DNA from: Haliotis cracherodii
Taxonomy: Eukaryota
NCBI RefSeq assembly: GCF_022045235.1
Contig: NW_027266265.1
Location: 44,702,001 to 44,766,000 of the forward strand
Direction of reading: 5' to 3'
Length of the DNA: 64,000 bases
The notes below the pieces were generated by a model. It saw only the letters and a program-made list of their open reading frames with translations, made no database searches and was not told the origin of the DNA. Position 1 is the stretch's first letter. Each line of letters begins with the position of its first letter. The translations under genes and the position numbers were made by a program. Shown one piece after another: positions 62,723 through 64,000 of the stretch.

Positions 62723-63773
62723 TTGTCCTGTATCACAAAACGATCTTACGTCCACGTTATACAATGGTAGGTGTTTCAGTCAGAAACTTGCTCGTGCTTT
62801 CAGTCACTAGTTTGTCTTGTCCAGACTAGTTCATTGAATGGACACCATTGTGGCTGTTGGCTTAAATAACATTCAGCTTCACCCTAAGAACAAATATTGT
62901 GAAAACCATAAACGGCAATCATTAACGTGATTTCAAAACACTTAAAAAGTACATTTTCTGTTTCTGTCTACTAATTCACTATAAACCTCTTCTTGTGATG
63001 CATCATTTGCTGGACCTGATAGCGACATCTTCTCCACAGACTCCGCCAATATCTGCCCAGCGTAATCCAGGATCATTCTACTGTCCCTTGTTCGGCCCAA
63101 ACCGAAGTTGCATTCCGGACAAAATCAAATCACGATGAGCTTACCGACCGGTTCTGACAGCAATAGTAAGACCACTGCCGACCCCAATCCCCAGGGCAGA
63201 CGATAGATCCACATTTTGAGTGTAAATGAAATTCGATGAAGAAAAGTGTTTCTCCTCTCTCGTTAATCTTCGCCAGTCCCAATTCGGGCCGTCGTGATCT
63301 TCTAATTTTGTATTGAAGGAGATAATCGAGTTATGATATTTCTACCCTGCACTCCAGCAACTCACAATTGATGTCGTCTGCTCCCGCGAACCTAACCTCA
63401 GTTTTCGCGCCAAATCTTGCGAGAATTGAAGCGATCATTTGAACTGTGTATGCTAGTTTCTGAAAGCTCTTGTCTCTCTCAATCTCATCAGTGGAGCTTT
63501 ATTACAGCGTAACCGGTCGTGAATAAAGCAGATATAGCTGTATTGACAGACGTGATGGGTAGAGAGCGTGAGAGCCACTCTGGTCGCTTCCCTCAGCCTA
63601 ATCTACCGAGAGACTTGACAAGTAGCAGACGTCGACCTTTGGTCGGGGGCACACTGCACATATTGGTGAATCGACATAGGTTACAGTAGCTTCGCTTTTA
63701 CATCAACCGAGAATTGGGGAGTACCTTATTGTTTAAAAACTCCTACTTGTATATCAAATCCAGAACAAATCGC

Positions 63774-64000
63774 GACCCGTGAAGATCCGGGGAAGAATAG
63801 GTCTTCAGCAAACCATGCTTGTCGTAAATGGCGACTATGTTTGCCGTAAAAGGCGACTAACGGGATCTGGTGGTCAGGCTCGCTGACTAGGTTGATGCAT
63901 GTCATCGTATCCCAATTGCGTGGATCGATGCTGATGATGTCAATAACTGGAGTGTCTTGTCCAGACTAAGTTATTTACAGACCACCATCATATAGCTGGA
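63774..64000 (+). mobile_element. Family D retroposon, cut by the window edge
   Basis: GACCCGTGAAGATCCGGGGAAGAATAGGTCTTCAGC...GGCGACTAACGGG. Confidence 0.88.

Larger units (their letters stand above)
21760..63773. repeat. Tandem macrosatellite / segmental duplication array, seven ~5.8-6.6 kb units, possibly continuing beyond the window
   Basis: Marker TCACGATGAG(T/C)TTACCGACC near 26205, 32350, 38487, 44370, 50792, 57378 and 63130. Other blocks recur in the same order (ACGATTAC-block at 22097, 30342, 36965, 42589, 49074, 55843, 61129). Embedded SINEs A and B are amplified with the unit. Confidence 0.97.

Noticed and set aside
21760-63773. rDNA, histone or snRNA tandem cluster
   Set aside because: No 5S/18S/28S, histone or U-snRNA sequence recognised in the unit

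Overview
Eukaryotic, AT-rich, repeat-dense DNA with two assembly gaps. The SINE families resemble those of gastropod molluscs such as abalone (inference). The only protein-coding sequence I can support is the first coding exon of an SLC6 (Na+/Cl- neurotransmitter/amino-acid symporter) gene on the minus strand (6374-6047). Its intron runs off the left edge, and a compact ETS/CArG/CRE motif cluster lies just upstream. Positions ~6.7-21.7 kb are intergenic. They hold three tRNA-derived SINE families (A, B, C), a non-tRNA short retroposon with a structured 5' end (D), an IS3EU-like MITE with a clean TSD (a second MITE lies in the intron), Penelope-like RT remnants and a ~107-bp insert carrying a minimal hammerhead ribozyme. 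From ~21.8 kb to the right edge is a tandem array of seven ~5.8-6.6 kb units. The terminal units are diverged, and the internal units show an A-B-C-A'-B' pattern with mosaic tracts. Three different minisatellites have expanded or contracted independently in different units. The non-TE blocks of the unit give no intact or recognisable protein, so the function of the array is unknown.
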